The notes under the pieces were generated by a model. The model made no database searches and was not told where the DNA came from. It worked only from the letters and a program-made list of their open reading frames with translations. From SAR324 cluster bacterium (GTDB taxonomy: Bacteria > SAR324 > NAC60-12), in NCBI GenBank assembly GCA_015232315.1, contig JADFZZ010000021.1, forward strand, positions 2,006 through 66,005: a stretch of DNA of 64,000 bases. Reading direction: 5' to 3'. The position numbers and the translations under genes are program-made. Of the stretch, positions 1 to 10,500 are shown piece after piece (position 1 is the stretch's first letter; each line of letters starts with the position of its first letter).

Positions 1-1990
1 GTAAACCCGTCAAATTCAGGAAAATAACCTGAGAAATTCCAAAACCCATTAAAAAGACACCACATAAGCCAAGAAGCGCGGGAGTGAGCATAATCGCGAA
101 CGTTGTGTTCATATTGGAATGAAATTCATCGGCAATCTTGAATACGAGTTCCAGATGATGTAACCCGCTATCCAATAAAATAATCTGCGCTGTGTCTGTG
201 GCAATGGTAGAGGCGCCGCGCATGGAGATCGAAACTTGTGCTTTTTTCAGTGCGATTGAATCATTAATGCCGTCTCCGATATAACAGATAAAATGACCTT
301 CCTTTTGCAGTTGTTCAATAAGATCCGCTTTCTTTTCCGGCAGGCACTGCGCAAAATAGTGATCAATTCCCAGTTCCCGCGCTAATTTTTTCGTGGGAAT
401 TTCATGATCACCCGAGATAATATACATGGATTTGATATTCTTGCGTCGTTTGAGTTGACGGATCACTTTTCTTGCTTCCTCACGTATTGTTGTCAGCAGT
501 TCAATTCCCCCTATGACCTGGTGATCCACAGCGACCATGACCAGGGAATCGCCTTCTTCATGACTGATTTGCTGTTGTTTCGCCAAAATTCCGGGAATGG
601 TCATACCGGACATTTCCATAAACCGTTGACTGCCCACATGCACCGTTTTTCCATCCACAACCACAAGGACTCCATAACCAGCCTTGAACTGACTTTCATC
701 GAAGGACGGTATGCTTAACTGGCGTTTTTTAACCTCTTTCAGAATGGCTTTAGCCAGGGGATGGGTTTGTTTGGATTCAGCGGCACCGGCATAAACCAGC
801 ACCTCCTCTTCGCTGAAATGCGAGCAACAATGAATCTGGCCGATATGCGGCTGTTCCTCAGTCAAGGTGCCTGTTTTATCAAACACGATCGTATCCACCT
901 GTTGCAGTAACTCAAAAGTGCGTCCATCCTTAATCAGAATTCCCTGCTGGGATGCAATGTTGGTATAATTCAGGATGGTTGTAGGGGCAATGACCATCAT
1001 TTTATTTTTGGGGTGCGTATAAATGACAGCGAGCGCGCCACTGAAGCCAACGATCGGTAAGGCAACCCCTCCGGCGATTAAGGCGGGTTTCACCAAATTA
1101 TCCGAAAGGGTTTGCGCTCGTAATTGCTGTGTTGATTTATAGTCAATGGTATTGTTCAGAATATTGGTGATTTTTGCCACGGTACAATCCTGACCGGCTT
1201 TTTCCACTTTAATATAGATTTTCCCTGATAAAATAACTGTTGCCGCAAAAACTCCATCTCCCTGTTCTTTTTCAATGGGCCGTGCCTCGCCTGTCAGAAT
1301 ATGTTCATCAATGCTCGCGATGCCCTCAACAATAATCCCATCCGCGGGAATCACTTCACCTGCCTGAACCACGACAATATCATCCACACCAAGATCGTTG
1401 AACGGTATTTCAGTTTCAACCTGATTCACCACAATCCAGACTTTTTCGGGCTGTTGATAAACAACATCGAACAATGCCTGTTTGGATGTTTGAACCACTT
1501 TTTCCATAAGCCTCATTGCGGCCCTGATGACAACAAGAATCAGGCTTGCCGCAAAAAATTTTCCTGTGATGACACATCCCGCGATGGTAATACTCATGAG
1601 TGTGCTGACATGGACTTTTTTCTGTTTGATCAGTTCATAGCTTTTTTTGAAGGTCTCCTGACTGGCGTACATAATGAAAGGAAGACTGAGCACGGCAACA
1701 CCAGGGTAGACAAACCCGGCAAGGCAAAGTCCAAAGGCGGACCAGATCGCCAGAAAGTCATACATTTTTTTCTTTTCAGCATTTTTATGGATCAGCTCAT
1801 ACTTTGTCTCTGATTTTTGAATTTGTTGAGAATCCTCTTTAAACATTTGCGTGACTTTATCCTGAATGCCGGTTTTGATTTCAGGCGAGTCATTCGTTTT
1901 GACAGGAAGTTCACCTTCCTCCATACTTTTTATGTATTCCTGATAACCCACATATAAGATTCCGCCCAAAGCGATCGCTTCAAAAATCAT
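1..1990 (-). CDS. P-type ATPase. The catalytic core resembles P1B ATPases, but there is no N-terminal metal-binding domain and no CPC motif. The N-terminus is at 1990 and the C-terminus lies beyond the window start.
   Basis: The reverse-strand translation begins MIFEAIALGG. It contains VDTIVFDKTGTLT (phosphorylation motif), ISGDHE, LPEKK and GDGINDSIAL. AGGAG sits 7 nt upstream of the ATG. The ATG overlaps the TGA of the upstream R gene (ATGA). The N-terminal 25 aa are similar to those of the ATPase at 48800-50863. Confidence 0.8.
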   Translation of the reverse strand, partial: MIFEAIALGGILYVGYQEYIKSMEEGELPVKTNDSPEIKTGIQDKVTQMFKEDSQQIQKSETKYELIHKNAEKKKMYDFLAIWSAFGLCLAGFVYPGVAVLSLPFIMYASQETFKKSYELIKQKKVHVSTLMSITIAGCVITGKFFAASLILVVIRAAMRLMEKVVQTSKQALFDVVYQQPEKVWIVVNQVETEIPFNDLGVDDIVVVQAGEVIPADGIIVEGIASIDEHILTGEARPIEKEQGDGVFAATVILSGKIYIKVEKAGQDCTVAKITNILNNTIDYKSTQQLRAQTLSDNLVKPALIAGGVALPIVGFSGALAVIYTHPKNKMMVIAPTTILNYTNIASQQGILIKDGRTFELLQQVDTIVFDKTGTLTEEQPHIGQIHCCSHFSEEEVLVYAGAAESKQTHPLAKAILKEVKKRQLSIPSFDESQFKAGYGVLVVVDGKTVHVGSQRFMEMSGMTIPGILAKQQQISHEEGDSLVMVAVDHQVIGGIELLTTIREEARKVIRQLKRRKNIKSMYIISGDHEIPTKKLARELGIDHYFAQCLPEKKADLIEQLQKEGHFICYIGDGINDSIALKKAQVSISMRGASTIATDTAQIILLDSGLHHLELVFKIADEFHSNMNTTFAIMLTPALLGLCGVFLMGFGISQVIFLNLTGL

Positions 1991-3168
1991 AATTCTCCTT
2001 TGTGAATATACCCGCTCTTGTGAAAATATGAAAAATAGGTGGACAGCAAATTCACATCCAGGGGGGGGCAATGAATACCGGAACCCGCTAACCCTTCCTG
2101 CGTGAGGCCATCTTGAAATCGGGGTTTGTTTTCAGAAAAAAAAGCTGAGAGTCTAAGCATCAGCAATATTCGGGAATATAGCTCCTCTTTCGGCTTGGCT
2201 GAAGCACGTTTTTTTAATTGGACGGTCCAATCTTTTTCGCTGACTTCTTCCAGTGAATAACCCAGAGTCCGTACATGTTCAAAAAATACTTTCCAGGAAA
2301 TGGACTGCGCGTTCAATAAATGAAATACCTTTCCAAACGATTCCTGTTGGTTTGATAAACGACAGATGGCCTGACTGATATAGTCCACAGGCGCAACATT
2401 GACTTCGACATCCGCGATAGGAAAGGTGCCCATTTGAATACAGCTTTTCAGCAGACCACACAAGGAATCATTGAGATTCCCCATAATCCCGGTTTGAGTA
2501 TGTCCCCAGACTCTTCCGACTCGATGAAGGGTGGCAGGCAACCCTCTCTTTTGCGCGGTCAATACCAGTTGTTCCGCAACCCATTTACTTTGTCGGTAGC
2601 CACCACTCAAAGTTTTTCCATCAGGAATAGCCGTTTCAGTGATATCCGCGTTATGGTGAGCAGGACTGAAAAATACGGCAATACTGGAAATGAAATGAAC
2701 CGGTTTTGTTTGGGTCATGCCTGCTAAACGAAGCACTTCCTGTGTGCCCAGCACATTTGGCTTTTTCAAATCAGCGTAAGGACGCGCCGCGTTCACTTGC
2801 GCGCCATTATGATAAATCACCTCAATACAACGGGATAAATCACCAAACTGAGATTCTGAAAGCCCTAAGAAGGGTTGAGACAAATCCCCAACGACAGGAA
2901 TGATCCGGGAATGGTACCTCTCGTTCCACAGTTGGTAAAACTGCAACTGCCTGGTTAAACGCTGTTTTCCTTCGTCAGAATCACGACAACGAACCAGACA
3001 ATAAATATCGGCCTGTGTTTCATTGAGGAGCACCTGCAACAAATAGGCGCCAATAAAACCTGAAGCACCTGTCAAAAAAACCGAAGGGGGATTCTGCCAG
3101 TTTTTGGCTAAAGGCCCTTGAAACTGAATGTTGGTGTCTAAAACAGCTTCCGTTTCCAAATCGATCAT
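1987..3168 (-). CDS. Stand-alone thioester reductase (an SDR resembling an NRPS/PKS terminal R domain).
   Basis: 393 aa. NAD(P)-binding motif TGASGFIGAYL and catalytic YRQSK. Its order and size match the fused R domain at the end of the ORF at 43088-46102. The start overlaps the stop of the aminotransferase gene (ATGA). Confidence 0.8.
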   Translation of the reverse strand: MIDLETEAVLDTNIQFQGPLAKNWQNPPSVFLTGASGFIGAYLLQVLLNETQADIYCLVRCRDSDEGKQRLTRQLQFYQLWNERYHSRIIPVVGDLSQPFLGLSESQFGDLSRCIEVIYHNGAQVNAARPYADLKKPNVLGTQEVLRLAGMTQTKPVHFISSIAVFFSPAHHNADITETAIPDGKTLSGGYRQSKWVAEQLVLTAQKRGLPATLHRVGRVWGHTQTGIMGNLNDSLCGLLKSCIQMGTFPIADVEVNVAPVDYISQAICRLSNQQESFGKVFHLLNAQSISWKVFFEHVRTLGYSLEEVSEKDWTVQLKKRASAKPKEELYSRILLMLRLSAFFSENKPRFQDGLTQEGLAGSGIHCPPLDVNLLSTYFSYFHKSGYIHKGEL

Positions 3169-4514
3169 GCGATTCCGGTCATGGAACGTTTCACCTGAGC
3201 GATGCTGGATTCCAAAGTGGCGACCAACTCATCACATTCACTCTCTGTAATGACAAATGGGGGGGAAATCAATATGTGATCCCCATCCTTGCCTGTTCCT
3301 GTACCAAACCGACCTCTGAGAATCAGCCCGTTATCGAGAGCTTTCTGAACCACTTGTTCGGTGAGTTTCATGGAACGGGGAAACGGTTGATGCGTTGTTT
3401 GATCCTGAACAAATTCAATCCCGATCAGCAGACCCTTACCACGGACATTACCAATGAGAGGCTCTCGCCCAGCCAGTTTTTCCAGTTCTTTTTTCAGATA
3501 AAGCCCCATGGAGGCGCAACGCTCAATCAGATTATGTCGCACGATGTAGTTCTGAACAGCCAGGGCCGTGGCACAACTGACAGGATGTCCGGAGTAGGTT
3601 ACCCAGGCGGGAATGGTATCTTTATTGTTTTTAACAAATAGTTCCCATATCCGTTTATGCACAATAGTGGCTCCAATGGGTGCGTAACCACTGCTCAGGC
3701 CTTTTGCGCCTGTAATGATATCGGGGATTGCGTTCCAGTGTTCAATGCCAAAATTTTTGCCCGTTCGTCCAAATCCGGTAACCACTTCTTCGGAAATAAA
3801 CAAAACATCGTATTGATCACAGATTTCCCTGATTCTTTCATAATACCCAGGAGGCGGGACAATCCCGCTCCCTGCTCCGCCAATAATCGGTTCAGCGATA
3901 AAAGCGGCGACCGTGTCGGGGCCTTCCTTTTCGATCGTGGTTGCCAATTCATCAGCACAGGCGAGAGCACAATCCGGGTGGGTGAGTTGAAACGGACACT
4001 GATAACAATGAGGGGCGTGAATATGCGGAAAATTCAACTCGTAAGGCGCCATCACATCCCGTTGCACAAACACGCTCCCGGACATGGATAAGGCCGCGAC
4101 CGTCCGTCCGTGATAACTATGCCAACGGCCAATGATCTTCCATTTTTGGCTATTTCCCTGTTCAATATGATAGTGTCTGGCGATCAGCAGTGCGAGTTCA
4201 TTCGCGACGGAGCCACCCGTGGCAAAAGCCACCCGATCCATGCCTTCCGGAGCCATGTCAATAATGACATCCGCAAGCTGTTCCTGCGATTCGTGGGCAA
4301 ATTGCATTTTGTTCACAAACGCGATTTTACGTGATTGCTCCGCCATGGCCTCCGCGATTTCAGGAACACCATGTCCAATGGAAACCACATGGGTTCCGCC
4401 AATACCATCCAGATAACGTTTGCCATCGGTGTCATAAATATAAACGCCTTCACCGCGTTCCGCGAAAGGACGAGGTTTTTTACTGAAAAAAACATGAGAT
4501 TCCGAGTGTTTCAT
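3165..4514 (-). CDS. Class-III PLP-dependent aminotransferase (omega-transaminase-like).
   Basis: 449 aa. Motifs FISEEVVTGFGRTG and DIITGAKGLSSGY (PLP lysine). There is an AAGGA RBS and an ATG start. It lies directly downstream of the megasynthase. Confidence 0.85.
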   Translation of the reverse strand: MKHSESHVFFSKKPRPFAERGEGVYIYDTDGKRYLDGIGGTHVVSIGHGVPEIAEAMAEQSRKIAFVNKMQFAHESQEQLADVIIDMAPEGMDRVAFATGGSVANELALLIARHYHIEQGNSQKWKIIGRWHSYHGRTVAALSMSGSVFVQRDVMAPYELNFPHIHAPHCYQCPFQLTHPDCALACADELATTIEKEGPDTVAAFIAEPIIGGAGSGIVPPPGYYERIREICDQYDVLFISEEVVTGFGRTGKNFGIEHWNAIPDIITGAKGLSSGYAPIGATIVHKRIWELFVKNNKDTIPAWVTYSGHPVSCATALAVQNYIVRHNLIERCASMGLYLKKELEKLAGREPLIGNVRGKGLLIGIEFVQDQTTHQPFPRSMKLTEQVVQKALDNGLILRGRFGTGTGKDGDHILISPPFVITESECDELVATLESSIAQVKRSMTGIA

Positions 4515-4550
4515 AATGGATTTCCTTGAAACGAAAGAAATATGAATGGA

Positions 4551-7500
4551 CTACATCAACATTGGAAATGAACTCACGGATTGATCAGGGTTGAGTACCA
4601 TTTCCTCCAAAACGGATTGAAAATTTTCTATGATCCTGATCACGGTTTCCGCGTCAAAGAGATCTTTTCTGTAGCGCCACCATCCCCGGAGTGTATTTCC
4701 GGTTGGCGTCTTCTTTTCCCAAATCAGCAGTGCTAAATCCGGTCTTGTCACCAGTTCATCCAACGGCATGGAACTGATGGTCAGATCGGGTAAAAGGAAT
4801 TGTTCGGACGGTTCCATCGGGAAGAAACTGAGCAGTATTCTGAATAAAGGCGTATCAACCTTCCGCTCCGGTTGCAGGATTTTTGACATTTGCTCAAAGG
4901 GTAAATCCTGGTTGGAGATAGCCTCATTCACAACCTGTTGGGCCTGACGCAACAAGTCAGAAAAACCGGGATTTTCACTGAAATCCAGACGCAACAGCAA
5001 CGTGCTTCCAATCATCCCGATCAGATGTTCCAGTTCAGACTGGTTACGATTCGCAAAGGGAGATCCCACCACAATATCCTGACAACCACTGTAGCGATAG
5101 AGCAACGTGGTCAGTGCGGACAAGATCGACGTGAATAAAGTGGTTCCCGTCTGTTTGTTCAGGTTTTTTAGATTTTTAACCAGCTCCGAAGGCAGTTCAT
5201 AAAGCTCCGTGCCTGCCCGGAAAGCCGGAACCGGTTGACGAGGTCTATCGGCAGGAAGTTCCAACAGCGGCGGTTCTCCCCAGCCTAACCAATTCCGCCA
5301 ATAATTGAGTTTTGTTTCAAGGGCCTCTCCGCTGAAAGACTGTTGCTGCCAGACCGCGTAATCCGCATACTGTATCGGCAGACCCGGCAAGGATACAGAG
5401 GCACCGGATATGATGGCTTTATAGAAGATAGTCAGCTCTTTCAGAAAGATTTCCATGGACCAGACATCCATGACGATGTGATGGACGCAAAGCAACAGAA
5501 TATGAGATTCTTCCGCCAGCCTGATCAACGTGACACGCAACAAGGGGCCTGTGACCAGATCAAAGGCGCGGCGTTGAATGTCCTCATCCGCCAATCGTTT
5601 CACTTCTTCAGTCTGTGCCTGTTCAGACATTCCCCGCAAATCTGTGATTGTGATATTGATGGTGGAAGTTGGAGCGATGGACTGAACCGGAGAACCTTCA
5701 ACCAGAGGAAACGTAGTCCGCAATATTTCATGGCGATGTACAATTTCATTCAAACTTTGTTGTAAGATCTTAAAGTCCAGCTTTCCCGTGAGCCGAAACC
5801 AGCGGGGAAAATTATGAAAACAGCCGTCAGGGTTTGATGTCTGGTGCAGCCAATACCTCTGTTGTGAAAAAGAGAGGGGCATGTTGCCTTCACGGGATAC
5901 GGGGATCAGATCGGTATCCTGAACAGTTCGTTCCTGAATGGCCTCATCGTTGACGGAACGATCCGGGGTTTCTCCGATCCGCTGTTGTTCCTCCGGTTGA
6001 ACCTCGGGAAACTTTTTTGCGTATTCGACGTAAATGTGGTCAGACAGTTGCTGGACATTGCCATAATTATAAAGGGCCGTCGTTTTCAGTTTAATGCCAA
6101 ATATTTTATTGATTTTATTAATAATCTCAATGCTCATCAGCGAATCCACGCCATAGTCCAAAAACGATTTTTCCCGGGCTACAGAATCGTTGACCAGTCC
6201 CAGCGTACTGTTCACACACGCTGTAACTTTTTCTTCAATGGTCAGCTTCAGGGATTTTTTCCCGACATCCGTTTGCGGAGATAACGCGGGAAAGTTGTCA
6301 GACGAAGGCGAAGAAGGACTACGTTCTTTCGTTGTTATGGAAGAAGGTGTTTGCTTTTGATAGGCCACCACACCGTTGCTTTCAGCGATCACGATTTGGT
6401 GGGGTTCATGCAACTCTCCCAGTCCCGGATCTCCAAGGTTCGTGATCTTCGCATAGCCTTCTTCCTCAAGCACCCTGTTCCACAACCTGAAATTCAACAA
6501 CGGCCCCCCGCCCAGGCGGATTTCCTCATCTTCATACAACCACCAGCCTTTCAACAAACCGAAAGTTAAGGTGACAAAATCAGGCGCTTTGGACAGTTCA
6601 TTAATGATCAAGACCCCGTTCCTTTTCAAAAGTGATTTGATCTGGGTCAACGTGTTCCTGATGCGTTTGGTGGCATGAAGTACATTTGCCGCCAGGACAA
6701 TATCAAAATCGTCAGGCTTGTAGCCCTGATTTTGAAGATCCTTTTCAATATCCAAAACACTAAACGTCATAAAAGGATATTGTTCACCCAATAGTTTTTT
6801 GCCGTATTGGGTCAACGTGGGGGAAATATCCGTATAGACATAATGGATATGGGGACTGTAGGCCTTGACCGCCTCCAACACCAGGGAGGTGGTTCCACCT
6901 GTTCCAGCGCCGATTTCCAGTATTCGGATTGGTGCTTCATTTCCTTTCGTCAAAGAAAGTCTTTTTTCCACATACAGACGTAAACTTTCGGCGACCCGTG
7001 TATTAAAATAATCCGCGGTAACATTTTTTTTGTATATCCCTTCCACAAGTTCCGGCGATGAATCGGGGAACATGATATTCGTTGCGGGAGTCTCCCCCCT
7101 CAGGATCGCCGGATAATGCGCTATACATTCCCCAAGAAGCCTGAGGTGGGGTTGAATTGACGGAAACTGCCGGAGTAAATCCTCCTTGATCCGCAATTGA
7201 AATTTCCCGGTTTCTTGTGCGGTGATGATATGTTCGCCCTGTTTTTCAATAACACCTGCCCGGGTCAGAATGTCCAGATGCGCGTCAAACAAGCGGTCAT
7301 AGTCCGGTTGTATTCCGAGGTGTTGTCTCAGTTCCGTCCTTGTATAGCGTTCATCTGGGGTTTTGAACACTCCCATTCTCTGATAAGCCGCTAACAGCAA
7401 TTCACGGCTGAATGCTTCCAATTCCCCCAAGGCCACTTCAAACGTTTGGAGTTTTTTGATCTGCTCGGGCAATCCCTGGATTTGCTCAGAAAAATTTTCA

Positions 7501-10500
7501 ACCACGGAGGGGATCGCTTCAGGGTACAGATGGGACTGTTTTTTCAGTTCAATCCCCATTGCGGTTAAGGCGTTATTCTCCGCTTTCACAACAGCAAGTT
7601 GATTGAAGGGATTTTCCAGTGCCCTTTCGATGGCCTGCATCCCCTCCTGAACTTCAATGGAGTAGATCCCTTGCGCTGAAAGTTTTTCCCTGTATTTTTC
7701 ACTGGCCACAACACCCACGTTGCCCCAATATCCCCAATTGATGACCTTAACCGGATAAGACATTTTCTGTTTCAGATACTGCGCGAAGGAATCTTCAAAG
7801 GTGCTGGCCGCGGCATAATTACTTTGTCCCTGATTTCCCAGAAACGACTGGATAGATGAAAAGAACATCATAAAATCCAAAGCTTCTCCAGCCAGTGCCC
7901 TGTGCAGAAAAACACTGCCGTTGACCTTTGGCGCAAGCACTTGCGCAAGGATTTCCTCATTCATGTTCATGACAGAACTGTCTCGCAGAACAAGAGCGGA
8001 ATGAATGGCTCCGTTGATCGGGCCAAACGATGATTTGGCTTGTTCCAAGGCCTGCCTCATACTTTGCGGGTTTGTCACATCGGCCTGAATGTAGAGTACT
8101 TTACCACCCGCTTTTTCTATCCGGGCGATTTTATCTGCCAGAGCATCATCCATTTTGCTTCGGCCCACCCAAATCAGACGGGCCTGCACCGCACTGGCCA
8201 GATATTCACTCAAGGCGAGTCCGATGCCGCCTGCGCCACCCACAATCAGATACACGCCCTGCTGTTTAAAAGGAGTTTTCTGTATCTCGGACAGTGAGAT
8301 CGGCAGTAGTTTTTTGACATAACGGATTCCGTCACGGAGGGCGATTTCTTCAGCATCCTTCCGTGAGGATTCCATGACAATCAGGTCCCCGGTTTTTGAC
8401 AGGGAGTTTTGCAGATCCGCCAGACTGACATCCACACAACGGGTTTCCAGATCCGGAAATTCTCTTGCCACACTTTTTGAGAATCCTGTAACGGAGGCGA
8501 CATAAGGATTGAGGGATTTTTGTGAATAAACCTGCCAGGCATTCGTCGTGATGACAGTAATTTTTATACGGTCCCGGACAGTTTCTTTTCTGTTCAGAGC
8601 CTGAACCAGTCGGAACAGAGAAAAGACGCTTTCTTCCTGACTTTGTTTCAGCACCTCCGGATCCTTATCCAGGGGATCATAAATTCCAGCAAAAAAATAA
8701 ATCACGTCCGGCGCCTCAATTTTTTCCAGCAGATGGCCTATGGCCGAGGGATCATTCGTCTGAATTTGAGTCCGTTGAAGCACTCCCTGCCTTGAAAACG
8801 CAGGACTGCTTTCCCCCTCTTTCCCCAGGAGTATCTCATACACCGTCGCATCACGATGCGCCTCTGCCAGGTAACGGGATAAATCCCTGATTTCCTGAGC
8901 CACATCCGCAGGATAAATGAGGATAACGGTGGCGGCGGAAGGCATAGACTTAGAGTCTGGAGCCAAAGGCGAGGGAACCCATTCAGGCACACAAAAGGTC
9001 AAGGGCCTTTGCTGACGTTGCATAGCACGAGGATCGGCTTTACGTCCCTCAAAGCCCAAAAATTCTATCGCCGGATTGCCCTGCTCATCAAAGAGCCGGA
9101 TATCCCCAAGGAGGCTGTCGTTTCCTGAATCAGGCTGTAATTGACAGTGTCCCCATAAGGGCTGTTGCCTGGAATTTTGATAAAACAGAACTTTTTCTAT
9201 GCGGAACGGAACAAAAGTTTCCTCTAGCGTTCTGTCCATGGCCAATAAGGATAATTCGAAACCGCCATCGATCAACCCCGGATGCAGTTGATATTTGGCT
9301 AATCCAGACAAGGCTGCGGGTGGGATCAATCGGCAAATCGCTTCACGATTCCCCTGACGGATGGATTCGATCCATTGATACGCTGGACCCAGGTCAATCT
9401 GACGCTTACGTTGACTTTGGAAAAAGTCGTCAACCGGGATTGCCTTGGAACAGCGGTCCAATAATTTTGTCAAAAATCCGGAGCCCGGTTTTACATCGTC
9501 AAAGCGTGGTTCTGTCAGAATTTTTCCGGAAACATGAGTGAGCCAACGATCCTTATTTTTTCCGGAACTGATGAGTTTAAAAGAGGATTTATTAGGTTCC
9601 TCAGGAATGAAGGCTAACTGAACCGTACAGCCTTCGTCAGGAATGATCAGGGGTTGCTCAAAAAGGACATCCTCCAGGACACAGTTTTTAACTCCAAAAG
9701 TAATTTCCGCGGCTTCCAGTATCATGGAAATATAACAAGATCCTGAAACCACCATTTTATTATAAATCAGGTGATCCGCCAAAAAAGATAATTTATCCCG
9801 ATGAAAGAAGGTTTCAAACACCGTACTTTCCAGAAAGGGCGAGATGATCTGTTTATCCAGCAACGGATGCAGTTGAGTGTTGGCAGAGTGTGAAGGTTCC
9901 AGACGCTCTGTAGGTCTGTCGATCCAATAACGCTGACGCTGGAAAGGATAAGTTGGCAAAGCCACCCGGCGACGTTGATAGTCATGGTCAAAAGCTGTCC
10001 AGTCTATTGCCGCTCCAAGTCCATACAACTCACCTAAACTTTGCAGAAGTTGTTGCCAATCCTCAGCGCCTTTACGCAAACTGGGAAGCCACACCCCCAC
10101 GTCTTCAGGCAAACAGGAATGTCCCATACCCAATAAGACGGGTTTCGGCCCTATTTCCACAAACACCTCACAACCCTGCTTGTGCAACGTGGCCATGCTT
10201 TGGGCAAAATTGACAGGCTGAGTGATATGCTGACACCAATACTCCGGTGTGGTTATTTCCGCGGAAGCCACTTCACCGGTCAGATTAGAAATCAGGTTGA
10301 TTCCGGGTAATGATAACGTAACCTCCTCAACAACCTTGGAAAACGCCGGTACCATGGGTTCGATCAGAGGCGAGTGGAACGCATGAGAAACCGTTAAGGG
10401 GTTTGTCTTGAGCCCCTCAGTTTCCAATTTTGCGATAATGGTCGCAAGGGCCTCCCTCTGGCCTGAAATCACAATATTTTCAGGGCCATTGAGGGCAGCA

